From NCBI GenBank assembly GCA_035712505.1, contig DASTAR010000024.1:1-53239 (forward strand): a DNA stretch of 53,239 bases. Direction: 5' to 3'. Each line of letters opens with the position of its first letter. Within the stretch, counting starts at the first letter, position 1. The stretch comes from Solirubrobacterales bacterium. Lineage in GTDB: Bacteria > Actinomycetota > Thermoleophilia > Solirubrobacterales > 70-9. The notes beneath the pieces are model-generated. The model saw only the letters and a program-made list of their open reading frames with translations, was not told the origin of the DNA and searched no databases. Below, one piece after another: positions 34,587 to 43,732 of the stretch. Made by a program: the position numbers and the translations under genes.

Positions 34587-35119
34587 GGGCCCGAGTCATT
34601 GCCGGGGTGGCGGTTGCCGCCCTCCTCGCGGTCCTGGCCTACTGGTTCCTGATCCGGCAGGACGCCGCGGAGCCTCACGTGCTGGTGCCGCGGCTGGCGG
34701 CGACGATCGGCGAGGGCGAAGGCGCGATCGGGGTGGCATCGGATGGCAGCCTCGTGCGCTGGCTGCCGCTGCCCGAAGAACCGCCGCTGCCGCGGCTGTC
34801 GCTCGAAGGGCCGCCGAAGAGAGGGGGGAAGGTGAAGGGACCCGCACTGGAACAGGTCCGCGTGCTCGCCGCCGTGCCCGAAGAGCTTCGTCCCTACATC
34901 GAAAGCAGCAGCTATGGAGAAGAAAGCGGGGTCGTCGTCACCTCGACCACGGGCATCGAATTGATCTTCGGGGACGATTCCCAGGCGGCGAAGAAGTGGC
35001 GTGCCGCTGTCGCCGTGCTTGCCAACCCGGAAGTGACCGCGCTTGATTATGTGAACCTGCAATCGCCGAGCCGTCCTTCTTACGGAGGCTCGGAACACGA
35101 ACTGCCATCCGCGCCTTGA
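34562..35119 (+). CDS. ftsQ: Short FtsQ/DivIB-like protein (one TM + small extracytoplasmic domain)
   Basis: Assigned mainly by position between murB and ftsZ and by the TM helix VIAGVAVAALLAVLAYWFLI. At 185 aa it is shorter than typical FtsQ. Start uncertain. Confidence 0.5.
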   Translation: MAARLGSVRARVIAGVAVAALLAVLAYWFLIRQDAAEPHVLVPRLAATIGEGEGAIGVASDGSLVRWLPLPEEPPLPRLSLEGPPKRGGKVKGPALEQVRVLAAVPEELRPYIESSSYGEESGVVVTSTTGIELIFGDDSQAAKKWRAAVAVLANPEVTALDYVNLQSPSRPSYGGSEHELPSAP

Positions 35120-35163
35120 GCCCTGGATGACCCTCTGAAACCGCGCTGCCATGCGACTTTGTA

Positions 35164-35213
35164 AACCCTCAAGTATAAGTTGAGCCTCGGGCAACCCTCG
35201 AGTAAGGGTTGAG
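35164..35213 (+). repeat. Duplicated hairpin-forming motif AACCCTC(A/G)AGTA..AG.GTTGAG in the ftsQ-ftsZ spacer
   Basis: Unit 1 is aaccctcaagtataagttgag (35164-35184). Unit 2 is aaccctcgagtaagggttgag (35193-35213). ctcaactcaac recurs at 35346-35356. Confidence 0.6.
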
Positions 35214-35410
35214 GAATGAAGCTGCACATCCGCCTGCGGCCGTTTGACAGAGGGGCGAGAATGCCCTACGTTCAAGCGCAATTTCCGCTCTTCCTCCGGC
35301 GACTCGAACACTCGATCATCGCTGAAGGCTCGGACGGAACCAAGGCTCAACTCAACTGAAAGCTTTCAATAGCGCCAAGGGAAACCGGGCGCGCTGGAGA
35401 AAATCGGGAG

Positions 35411-36490
35411 ATGGAATCCACTTACCTCGCGGTCATCAAGGTCGTCGGCGCCGGCGGCGGTGGCACCAATGCGGTCAGTCGCATGATCGACGCCGGCATT
35501 CGCGGCGTCGAGTTCGTCGCCGTCAACACCGACGCGCAGGCGCTTCAGGCCTGCGACGCCGACATCAAGCTCTCGATCGGACAGGAGCTGACCCGCGGCC
35601 TCGGCGCCGGCGGCAACCCGGAGGTCGGCGCGGGCGCGGCGGCGGAGAGCCGCGACGAGATCAAGGAGGCGCTGAAGGGGGCCGACATGGTCTTCGTCAC
35701 CGCCGGCGAGGGCGGCGGCACCGGGACCGGCTCGGCGCCGGTCATCGCCGAGATCGCCAAGGAGGAGATCGGTGCGCTCACCGTCGGCGCCGTGACCAAA
35801 CCGTTCGAGTTCGAGGGCAAACGGCGGATGCAGCAGGCGCTCGAGGGCATCGAGAAGCTGCGCAACAAAGTCGACACCCTGATCATCGTTCCGAACGAGA
35901 AGCTGCTGCAGGCGGTCGAGCGGCGGACCAGCGTCCTCGAGGCGTTCCGCCAGGCCGACGACATCCTCCGCCAGGGCGTCCAGGGCATCACCGACCTGAT
36001 CACGATCCCCGGCCTGATCAACCTCGACTTCGCCGACGTGCGGACGATCATGCGCGACGCCGGCTCGGCCCTGATGGGCGTCGGCTCGGCGACGGGCGAG
36101 GCCCGCGCGCTCGACGCCGCCAAGGCGGCGATCACCTCTCCGCTGATCGAGGAGTCGATCAAAGGCGCGACCGGGATGCTGCTGAACATCACCGGCCCCG
36201 AGGACCTCGGCCTCTTCGAGGTCAACGAGGCCGCCCAGCTCGTCCAGGCCGAGGCCGACGACAACGCCAACATCATCTTCGGCTCCGTCGTCGACCAGTC
36301 GATGAAGGACGAGGTCCGGGTGACGGTGATCGCCACCGGGTTCGAAGGCTTCGAGCTGCTGGCACGCTCCCCTCAGCGGGTGCGGCGCCGTTACGAGAGC
36401 CGCCCGCGCGTCTCCGCCGAGGACACGGACATTCGGAAACTCCGGGTCAGCGACGACGACATCGACGTCCCTGGGTTTCTCAAGGAGTAA
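35411..36490 (+). CDS. ftsZ: Cell division GTPase FtsZ
   Basis: Tubulin signature [20 protein letters not shown], and a C-terminal conserved peptide (DIDVPGFLK). Confidence 0.97.
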   Translation: MESTYLAVIKVVGAGGGGTNAVSRMIDAGIRGVEFVAVNTDAQALQACDADIKLSIGQELTRGLGAGGNPEVGAGAAAESRDEIKEALKGADMVFVTAGEGGGTGTGSAPVIAEIAKEEIGALTVGAVTKPFEFEGKRRMQQALEGIEKLRNKVDTLIIVPNEKLLQAVERRTSVLEAFRQADDILRQGVQGITDLITIPGLINLDFADVRTIMRDAGSALMGVGSATGEARALDAAKAAITSPLIEESIKGATGMLLNITGPEDLGLFEVNEAAQLVQAEADDNANIIFGSVVDQSMKDEVRVTVIATGFEGFELLARSPQRVRRRYESRPRVSAEDTDIRKLRVSDDDIDVPGFLKE

Positions 36491-36552
36491 GTGGTTGGGG
36501 AGGGGCACCCGGCCCCTCCGGCCACGTTCGTCAGTCAATAGCCTGGGAGTCG

Positions 36553-37617
36553 ATGCGTACTCCTCTTTATGAGCAGCATGTCGCCCTTGGGGCGAAGATG
36601 GTGTCGTTTGCCGGTTGGGAGATGCCGGTCCAGTACGAGGGGATCCGGGAGGAGCACTCGGCGGTGCGGTTGCATGCGGGGATGTTCGACGTGTCGCATA
36701 TGGGACAGGTCGAGGTCGAGGGCCCTGGCGCGCTGAGCTTCCTTCAGCGGGTGCTCTCCAACGACGTCGCCAAGGTGCACATCGGTGGGGCGCAGTACTC
36801 GGTGCTCTGCAACGAGGACGGCGGCGTCATCGACGACCTCTTCGCCTACCGGCTCGGGGGCGACCGGTTCCTGGTCGTCACCAACGCCGCCAACCACGAG
36901 ACCGACCTCGAGTGGCTGGGTCGCCAGAGCCGAGCCTTCGACGCGATCGTCCGCGACGTCGCCGACCGCTATGCGATGCTCGCGATTCAGGGTCCACACG
37001 CTCGCGGCGTCGTCAGCCGCGCCCTGGGGATCGAGCTGCCGCCGCGCTTCCACGTCTCCCACGTCCAGATCGGCCGCCGCCCGGCGCTCGCCTGCGGCAC
37101 CGGCTACACCGGCGAGGACGGGGTGGAGCTGCTGCTCGACCCGGAGGTGGCGACGCCGATTTGGTGCGAGCTGCTCGACGCCGGCGTCGTCGCCTGCGGA
37201 CTCGGCGCCCGCGACACCCTGCGCTTGGAGGTCTGCTACCCGCTGCACGGCAACGAGCTGACCCCGGAGCGAAACCCGATCGAAGCCGGTCTCGGCTGGT
37301 GCTGCAAGGAGGAGACGGGCTTCATCGGCTCCGAGGCGATCGCCCGCGCCCGCGCCGAGGGCGCCGCGGAGACGCTCGTCGCCTTCAGGATCGGGGGCCA
37401 GGGGATCCCGCGCGAAGGCAACCCGGTGATGATCGGCGACGAGCAGGTCGGCGCGGTCACCAGCGGTACCTTCTCGCCCTCGCTCGAGATCGGCGCCGGG
37501 ATGGCCTATGTGCGCAGCGACCTCGCCGAGGTCGGGACCGAGATCGAGATCGACGTGCGCGGCAAGCGCCGCCCCGCCCGGATAGCTTCCAAGCCTCTCT
37601 ACGCGAAAAGGAGCTGA
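36553..37617 (+). CDS. gcvT: Glycine cleavage system aminomethyltransferase (T protein)
   Basis: TPLYEQHVALGAKMVSFAGWEMPVQY, and GMFDVSHMGQVEVEG. Confidence 0.95.
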   Translation: MRTPLYEQHVALGAKMVSFAGWEMPVQYEGIREEHSAVRLHAGMFDVSHMGQVEVEGPGALSFLQRVLSNDVAKVHIGGAQYSVLCNEDGGVIDDLFAYRLGGDRFLVVTNAANHETDLEWLGRQSRAFDAIVRDVADRYAMLAIQGPHARGVVSRALGIELPPRFHVSHVQIGRRPALACGTGYTGEDGVELLLDPEVATPIWCELLDAGVVACGLGARDTLRLEVCYPLHGNELTPERNPIEAGLGWCCKEETGFIGSEAIARARAEGAAETLVAFRIGGQGIPREGNPVMIGDEQVGAVTSGTFSPSLEIGAGMAYVRSDLAEVGTEIEIDVRGKRRPARIASKPLYAKRS

Positions 37618-37620
37618 GCC

Positions 37621-38010
37621 TTGTCCGACCCGACCTATCCCGACGACCTTCGCTACCACGAGGAACACGACTGGGCCCGGATCGAGGGGGAGCAGGCGAC
37701 CTTCGGGATCACCTGGTACGCGCAGGACTCGCTCGGCGAGGTCGTCTTCTTCGACCCGCCCGAGGTCGGGGCAATGATCCAGAAAGACTCCTCCTACGCC
37801 GAGGTGGAGTCGGTGAAGGCGGTCAGCGATGTGATCGCGCCGATGTCGGGCGAGGTGGTCGAGGTCAACGAGGCGCTCGTGGACGCACCGGAAAGGGTCA
37901 ACGAGGACCCTTATGGAGACGGCTGGCTGGTCAAGGTGCGGCTGACCCACCCGGAGGAGTCCGAGGCGCTCCTCGGCGTCGAGGAATACCGCAAGTTGCT
38001 GGACTCCTAG
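37621..38010 (+). CDS. gcvH: Glycine cleavage system H protein
   Basis: Lipoyl-lysine motif AEVESVKAVSDVIAPMSG. TTG start. 129 aa. Confidence 0.9.
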   Translation: MSDPTYPDDLRYHEEHDWARIEGEQATFGITWYAQDSLGEVVFFDPPEVGAMIQKDSSYAEVESVKAVSDVIAPMSGEVVEVNEALVDAPERVNEDPYGDGWLVKVRLTHPEESEALLGVEEYRKLLDS

Positions 38011-38049
38011 GCGCGAAGCCGATCCTCCCGCTTCCCTAGCCTTGGTGGG

Positions 38050-39459
38050 GTGACCCGCTACACCTCCGCGACCCCCGACGACCGGGAGGAGATGCTCGAT
38101 GCGATCGGCGTCTCCGCGGTCGACGAGCTCTTCGAGCAGATCCCCGAGCCGCTGCGGTTGGGGCGGCCGCTGGCGCTGCCGGAGGGGATGGGCGAGGCCG
38201 AGGTCTACGAGCGGCTGGCGGGGCTGGCGGCGCGGAACGCGGACGCCGAGGAGCAGGTGTGCTTCGTCGGCGCCGGGATGTACGACCACTACGTGCCGGC
38301 GATCGTCGACGCGATCACCTCGCGCAGCGAGTTCCTGACGCCCTACACGCCATACCAGCCGGAGATCTCGCAGGGCGGCCTGCAGGTGATGTTCGAGTTC
38401 CAGACGGCGATGTCGGAGCTGACCGGGCTGCCCGTCTCGAACGCCGGGTTGTACGAGGGGCCGTCGTCCGTGGCTTCGGCCGGCTACCTGGCGATGGGCG
38501 CGACCAAGCGCAAGCGCTTCGTCGTCTCCCGCGGCGTCCACCCGCACAGCCGCGAGACGCTGCGGACCTACTCGGTCGGCTACGGCGCCGAGGTGGTCGA
38601 AGTAGGGCTCGCGGGCGGGTCGACCGATGCGGCAGCGCTGGCCGGGGCGGTCGACGACGAGACCGCCGCGGTCTTCCTGCAGAGCCCCAACTTCCTCGGC
38701 GCGGTCGAGGACGTCGCCGCGCTCGGCGCGGCGGCGAAGGAGCACGGGGCGCTGCTGGTCGTCGCCTGCGACCCGATGACCTTGGGGATCCTCAAGCCGC
38801 CGGGCGAGTGCGGCGCCGACATCGCCCTTGGCGAGGGGCAGCCGCTGGGCAACCGCCTGGACTTCGGCGGCCCTTCGTTCGGCTTCTTCTGCGCAACCGA
38901 GGCGGAGATTCGGCGCATGCCGGGACGGATCGCCGGCGAAACCGAGGACGTCGACGGGCGCCGCGGCTTCGTGCTGGCGCTACAGACGCGCGAGCAGCAC
39001 ATCCGCCGCGAGAAAGCAACTAACAACATCTGCACCGCCCAGGCGCTGAACGCGCTCGGGGCGATGGTCCACCTGGCCTGGCTCGGGCGCCAGGGCTTCC
39101 GCGAGCTCGGCGAGCTGCTGATCCAGCGGACCGCGTACGCGCGCGAGCGGCTGGCTGCGGTCGACGGGGTCGAGCTGCTGCACGAGGAGCCGGTCGCCCG
39201 CGAGTTCGCGGTCCGGCTCGACGCTCCCGTCGGCGACGTCCTCGACCGCGTAGCCGAGCGCGGGATCGCCGCCGGCTACCCGCTCGGCCGCGACTACCCG
39301 GAGTTCGAGGACGGCCTCCTGGTCGCGATCACCGAGCGCAGGACGAAGGCGCAGATCGACGAGCTGGCCGAGGCGCTGGAGGCGGCGATCGGCGCAAAGC
39401 GTGGTTCCTTTGTCCGGGATGGCAGGACTAAGGAACCACAAGTCGGGGGGGCGGCCTGA
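38050..39459 (+). CDS. gcvPA: Glycine dehydrogenase (decarboxylating) subunit 1; C-terminus extended through Family A copy A2
   Basis: YTPYQPEISQGGLQVMFEFQT motif. The last ~20 codons (AKRGSFVRDGRTKEPQVGGAA) are encoded by the palindromic element and its flank. Confidence 0.9.
   Translation: MTRYTSATPDDREEMLDAIGVSAVDELFEQIPEPLRLGRPLALPEGMGEAEVYERLAGLAARNADAEEQVCFVGAGMYDHYVPAIVDAITSRSEFLTPYTPYQPEISQGGLQVMFEFQTAMSELTGLPVSNAGLYEGPSSVASAGYLAMGATKRKRFVVSRGVHPHSRETLRTYSVGYGAEVVEVGLAGGSTDAAALAGAVDDETAAVFLQSPNFLGAVEDVAALGAAAKEHGALLVVACDPMTLGILKPPGECGADIALGEGQPLGNRLDFGGPSFGFFCATEAEIRRMPGRIAGETEDVDGRRGFVLALQTREQHIRREKATNNICTAQALNALGAMVHLAWLGRQGFRELGELLIQRTAYARERLAAVDGVELLHEEPVAREFAVRLDAPVGDVLDRVAERGIAAGYPLGRDYPEFEDGLLVAITERRTKAQIDELAEALEAAIGAKRGSFVRDGRTKEPQVGGAA
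39401..39439. repeat. Family A palindromic element, copy A2 (imperfect right arm)
   Basis: Left arm gtggttcctttgtccgg (39401-39417), loop gatgg, right arm caggactaaggaaccac (39423-39439). Shares the 5' flank gcaaagc with A1. Confidence 0.9.
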
Positions 39460-40982
39460 TGGCGCTGACCGAGACGCCGATGCAGGCCGAAAAGGCGCGG
39501 ACGATCTTCGAGAAGTCGAAGCCGGGCCGTCGGGCGGCGGCGCTGCCGGATATCGAAGTCCCCGAGAAGTCGCTGGCCGAGCTGATCCCCGAGAACCTGC
39601 TGCGCGCCGAGCCGCCGCGGCTGCCGGAGATCGCCGAGCCGGAGATCGTCCGCCACTACAACCGGCTCTCGCGGCGCAACTTCGACCTCGACACCGGCTT
39701 CTATCCGCTCGGCTCCTGCACGATGAAGCACAACCCGCGCCTCAACGAGCGGGTCGCGGCGCTGCCCGGTCACTCCCGCCTGCACCCGGCGCAGGATCCG
39801 CGTCGCGCCCAGGGCGCGCTGGAGTTGATGTGGCTGCTGCAGGAGAGCCTCAGCGAGATCTGCGGGCTGCCGCACGTCAGCCTGCAGCCGAGTGCAGGCT
39901 CCCATGGCGAGCTCGCCGGCCTGCTGCTGACCCGCGCCTACCACGCCGATCGCGGCGAAGAGCGGAGCAAGGTGCTGGCGCCGGACACCTCGCACGGGAC
40001 CAACCCGGCCTCGGTGACGATGGCCGGCTACAGCGTGGTCAAGGTCGCGACCGACGAGCGCGGCGGCGTCGAGATGGCCGACCTGCGGGCGAAGCTCGCC
40101 GAGAACGAGGGCGAGGTCGCCTGCCTGATGCTGACCAACCCGAACACGCTCGGCGTCTTCGACGAGAACATCGCCGAAATCGCCTCGCTGATCCACGAGG
40201 CCGGCGGCACCCTCTACTACGACGGCGCCAACCTCAACGCGGTAATGGGCCACTCGCGGCCCGGCGACATGGGCTTCGACATCGTCCACGTCAACCTCCA
40301 CAAGTCGTTCAGCCAGCCTCACGGCGGCGGCGGTCCAGGCGCCGGTCCGATCGCCGTCTCCGACCGAATCGAGCCGTATCTGCCGAAGCCGCAGGTGGTC
40401 CGCCGCGCGGCGAGGAACGGCCATGGCCCGAGCTTCGACCTCGACTTCGAGCGGCCGAAGTCGATCGGTCGCCTGCGCGGGTTCCAGGGCAACTTCGGCG
40501 TCTTCGTCCGCTCCTACGCCTACATCCACAGCCTCGGCGGCGACGGCCTCGCCGAGGCCAGCGAGACGGCGGTCCTCAACGCCAACTACCTGAAGGCGCT
40601 GCTGGCCAGGGGTCGCGCCGGCGAGCGCCTGCCGATCGCCTTCGACCGGCATTGCATGCACGAGTTCGTGCTCTCCGGCAAGCCGATGAAGCGCGATCTC
40701 GGCCTGGCCACCCTCGACCTGGCCAAGCGCCTCCTCGACTTCGGCTTCCACCCGCCGACCGTCTACTTCCCGCTCTTGGTCGACGAGGCCCTGATGGTCG
40801 AGCCGACCGAGACCGAGACCAAGGAGTCGCTTGACGCCTTCGCCGAAGCGATAGAGAAGATCCTCACCGAGGCCGAGGACAACCCCGAGGTGGCGAAGAG
40901 CGCCCCGTACACCACGCCGGTCCGCCGCCTCGACGAGGTCAAGGCGACCCGGCAGCCGGTCGTGCGGCAGGCGCTTGGGTAG
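39459..40982 (+). CDS. gcvPB: Glycine dehydrogenase (decarboxylating) subunit 2
   Basis: PLGSCTMKHNP, and the PLP-lysine context NLHKSFSQPHGGGGPG. Its ATG overlaps the gcvPA TGA. Confidence 0.95.
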   Translation: MALTETPMQAEKARTIFEKSKPGRRAAALPDIEVPEKSLAELIPENLLRAEPPRLPEIAEPEIVRHYNRLSRRNFDLDTGFYPLGSCTMKHNPRLNERVAALPGHSRLHPAQDPRRAQGALELMWLLQESLSEICGLPHVSLQPSAGSHGELAGLLLTRAYHADRGEERSKVLAPDTSHGTNPASVTMAGYSVVKVATDERGGVEMADLRAKLAENEGEVACLMLTNPNTLGVFDENIAEIASLIHEAGGTLYYDGANLNAVMGHSRPGDMGFDIVHVNLHKSFSQPHGGGGPGAGPIAVSDRIEPYLPKPQVVRRAARNGHGPSFDLDFERPKSIGRLRGFQGNFGVFVRSYAYIHSLGGDGLAEASETAVLNANYLKALLARGRAGERLPIAFDRHCMHEFVLSGKPMKRDLGLATLDLAKRLLDFGFHPPTVYFPLLVDEALMVEPTETETKESLDAFAEAIEKILTEAEDNPEVAKSAPYTTPVRRLDEVKATRQPVVRQALG

Positions 40983-41062
40983 GGGGCCGGGAGACCGTCC
41001 CCAGACACCACTCGCCAATGGCTCGTGGTTGAGTGTCTGGGGACGGTCTTCCGGCCCCCTAC
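40979..41062. repeat. Family E palindrome H1 (28-bp arms with one mismatch); probable bidirectional terminator
   Basis: agggggccgggagaccgtccccagacac (40981-41008) pairs with gtgtctggggacggtcttccggccccct (41033-41060). The TAG of gcvPB and the CTA (TAG on the minus strand) of the ligD-pol gene lie inside the stem. Confidence 0.9.
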
Positions 41063-41976
41063 AGTTGCGGCAAGTTCTGCTCCAGGTGGAGGACCGGGTC
41101 GAAGAGGTCGCCGTGCTTCTCGATGCGCTCCAGCACGTCGTCAGTCTCGAAGACGAGGTGGCCGCCCTTGCCTGAGTCGGCAGCCTGTTCGACCTCTTCC
41201 CAGGTGATCGGGGTCGAGCAGGTGGGGCGTTCGCGCGCTCTCAGGGAGTAGACGGAGATCGTCGTTTTGCGTTCGTTGTTCTGGTACCAGTCGATGAACA
41301 CCTTGCCGCTGCGGTCGGTTTTCTTGCCCATTTTCGCGAGGGTGTTCTCCGGGTCCTGATTGGCGACGATCTGGGCGAGCGCCTGGCCGAAGGGGCGGGT
41401 CTCCTCGTAGGAGGTCTTGGAGTTGAGGGGGACGTAGAGCTGCATGCCCTTCGAGCCCGAGGTCTTGGCAAAGCACTGGAGGTCGAGCTGGCCGAGGACC
41501 TCGCGCAGACGCAGCGCCACCCGCGCGCAGTCGACTACGTCGGCGGGCGGGCCCGGGTCGAGGTCGAAGACGAGCGAGGTCGGCCGTTTCGGCGCCCTGC
41601 TCTTCGAGAGCGAGGGGTGCAGCTCGATCGCCGCCAGCTGCGCCATCCAGATCAGCGTCGGCAGGCTGTCGCAGACGCAGAACTCGATCACGCCGGCCCG
41701 CGGCCCCGCCTGCACTTTCGCCGTCTTCACCCACTTGGGCCGGTGTTTCGGGCAGCGCTTCTCGTAGAAGGCGGCGTCGAGGTCCTCGACCCCTTCCGGG
41801 AACCGCCGCAAAGTGACCGCCCGCCCGCTCAGGTGGGGAACCAGCGCCGGCGCCACCTTGGCGTAGTAGTCGACCATCTCGCCCTTGGTGAACCCGGTCT
41901 TCGGGTACAGGACCTTGTCGAGGTTGGAGAGCTTCAGCTCCTTGCCGTCGACCTCGACCTGCTGGGTCTCGCCCAC
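41059..41976 (-). CDS. Stand-alone LigD polymerase/primase domain protein (NHEJ)
   Basis: LKLSNLDKVLYPKTGFTKGEMVDYY, RFPEG and FDLDP motifs are typical of LigD-Pol. No ligase or phosphoesterase domain is attached. Confidence 0.85.
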   Translation of the reverse strand: MGETQQVEVDGKELKLSNLDKVLYPKTGFTKGEMVDYYAKVAPALVPHLSGRAVTLRRFPEGVEDLDAAFYEKRCPKHRPKWVKTAKVQAGPRAGVIEFCVCDSLPTLIWMAQLAAIELHPSLSKSRAPKRPTSLVFDLDPGPPADVVDCARVALRLREVLGQLDLQCFAKTSGSKGMQLYVPLNSKTSYEETRPFGQALAQIVANQDPENTLAKMGKKTDRSGKVFIDWYQNNERKTTISVYSLRARERPTCSTPITWEEVEQAADSGKGGHLVFETDDVLERIEKHGDLFDPVLHLEQNLPQL

Positions 41977-41986
41977 GTGCTAGAGC

Positions 41987-42892
41987 CTATTTGGCGGTTT
42001 TGGCTTTGGAGCGCGAAGAGCTTTTCGATCTCGATTTCGAGCCCGATTTGCGCTTCGCCTTGGAGGCTTTCGATTTCGGGGCTTTCTGCGCCCCGTCGCC
42101 GCTGCCCTTCTCTTTTACTGCGGCGATCGATTCCTCCAGCGCCGCCATCAGGTCGGGGGCTTTGGTCGCCTTCGGCGCCTCGGCCTCCGGCGCGACGATC
42201 TCCTTGCCTTCGGCCTTCTGTTCGATCAGCGCCAGCAGCTGTTCGCGGTACTCGTCCTTGTAGGCCTCCGGTTCGAATTCGGTCGAGAGCGAATCGATCA
42301 GCTGCTCGGCCATCTCCTGCTCGCGCTTGGCGACTTTCGGCTTCTCGTCCGGCAGCGCGTCGTCGAGTTCGGAGGGCGGGACCACCTCGTCGTGGAAGCG
42401 CATCGTCGTCAGCGTCAGGACGCCGTCGGAGGCGCGGATCGCCGCCAGGTGCTCTTTGTTGCGGAAGACGAAGCGGGAGATCGCCGCCTTGCCCGAGCCT
42501 TCCATCGCCGCCGCCAGCAGCGAGTAGGCCTTCTCGGCGCCCTCGGCCGGGCCGAGGTAGTAGGGGCTGTCGAAGTACATGGGGTCGATTTCCTCGATGT
42601 CGACGAAGTCCTGGACGTCGATCGCCCGCGTCTTCTCCGGCGCCAGCGCCGCCATCTCGTCTTTGCTCAGCGGCACGTACTGGCCGGGCGTCAGCTCGTA
42701 GGCCCTGACGATGTTCTCGTAGGGGACCTCCTCGTCGGTTCCCTCGGCGACCCGGCGGTGTTTGATCCGGGCGCTGTCGGACTCGCGGATCTCGCGCAGG
42801 GCGATGTTGCGCCGGGCCACGGCGCTATAGAGGCGCACGGGCACGTTCAGCAGCCCGAAGCTAATGGTGCCACTCCAAATCGCTCTAGCCAT
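41987..42892 (-). CDS. ku: NHEJ DNA end-binding protein Ku
   Basis: N-terminus MARAIWSGTISFGLLNVPVRLYSA. Lys/Ser-rich basic C-terminal tail. Confidence 0.95.
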   Translation of the reverse strand: MARAIWSGTISFGLLNVPVRLYSAVARRNIALREIRESDSARIKHRRVAEGTDEEVPYENIVRAYELTPGQYVPLSKDEMAALAPEKTRAIDVQDFVDIEEIDPMYFDSPYYLGPAEGAEKAYSLLAAAMEGSGKAAISRFVFRNKEHLAAIRASDGVLTLTTMRFHDEVVPPSELDDALPDEKPKVAKREQEMAEQLIDSLSTEFEPEAYKDEYREQLLALIEQKAEGKEIVAPEAEAPKATKAPDLMAALEESIAAVKEKGSGDGAQKAPKSKASKAKRKSGSKSRSKSSSRSKAKTAK

Positions 42893-43003
42893 TGCGTGCG
42901 TTCCTTACCTGGGGAAGTCCTCTTACCCGGATTCTTTCAACCAAACGCTGCCGCAGGCCATAGAGGTGACCAGACGGGAGCGCTCTTGCGCAGCGCCGAA
43001 GTC

Positions 43004-43042
43004 GTGGTTCCTTTGTCCGGCCATGCCGGACAAAGGAACCAC
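43004..43042. repeat. Family A palindromic element, copy A3 (perfect 17-bp arms, loop ccatg)
   Basis: gtggttcctttgtccgg (43004-43020) and ccggacaaaggaaccac (43026-43042). Ends 3 nt before the fetA-like ATG (43046). Confidence 0.95.
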
Positions 43043-43045
43043 GCG

Positions 43046-43720
43046 ATGGGGGATGATCCGCCGGTGCTCTTCGAGCTTCGGGACGTGGGGCTGGACCGCG
43101 GCGGCAAGACCGTCCTCGACTCGCTCAGCGCCGGGATCCCGGAGGGCGCGGCGGCGATCGTCGGCCCCTCCGGCGCCGGCAAGTCGACGCTGCTGCGGCT
43201 GCTGAACCGGCTCGCCGATCCCGATCGCGGCGAGATCGCCTACCGCGGCCGGCCGCTGCGCTCCTACGGACCGCTGGCGCTCCGGCGCGAGGTCGCCCTG
43301 GTCCCGCAGCTGCCGGCACTCTTGGAGGGGACGGTCGAGTCGAACCTGCGCTACGCGGCCGAGCTGGCCGGCGAGCCGCTCGAGCTGGAGCGGACGCTCG
43401 CACGCGCCGGGCTCGACTCCTCCTTCGCCGAGCGCGACGTCGAGAAGCTCTCGGTCGGCGAGCAGCAGCGGGCGATGCTTGCCCGCGCGCTGGCGCAGCG
43501 TCCCCGGGTCCTCCTGCTCGACGAGCCGACCTCGGCCCTCGACCACGCCGCCCGCGACACGATCGAGGCGGCGCTGACCGAGCTGCGGCGGGAGCTCGAG
43601 ATCTCGACCGTGCTCGTCAGTCACGCCCCCGAGCAGGCGCGCCGCCTCGGCGACTGGGTGCTGCGGCTCGAGGGCGGACGGCTCGCCGGCTGCGGCCCCC
43701 TGGCGGAGGTGCTGGCGTGA
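43046..43720 (+). CDS. ABC transporter ATP-binding protein, FetA/YbbL-like
   Basis: Walker A GPSGAGKSTLLRLL, signature LSVGEQQR, Walker B LLLDEPTSALD. Paired with a UPF0014 permease. Confidence 0.8.
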   Translation: MGDDPPVLFELRDVGLDRGGKTVLDSLSAGIPEGAAAIVGPSGAGKSTLLRLLNRLADPDRGEIAYRGRPLRSYGPLALRREVALVPQLPALLEGTVESNLRYAAELAGEPLELERTLARAGLDSSFAERDVEKLSVGEQQRAMLARALAQRPRVLLLDEPTSALDHAARDTIEAALTELRRELEISTVLVSHAPEQARRLGDWVLRLEGGRLAGCGPLAEVLA

Positions 43721-43732
43721 CCGCCTCCGCCA

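Noticed and set aside
36491-36552. Glycine riboswitch expected upstream of gcvT.
   Set aside because: The spacer is only 62 nt and contains one simple GC hairpin. It has none of the conserved glycine-aptamer core.
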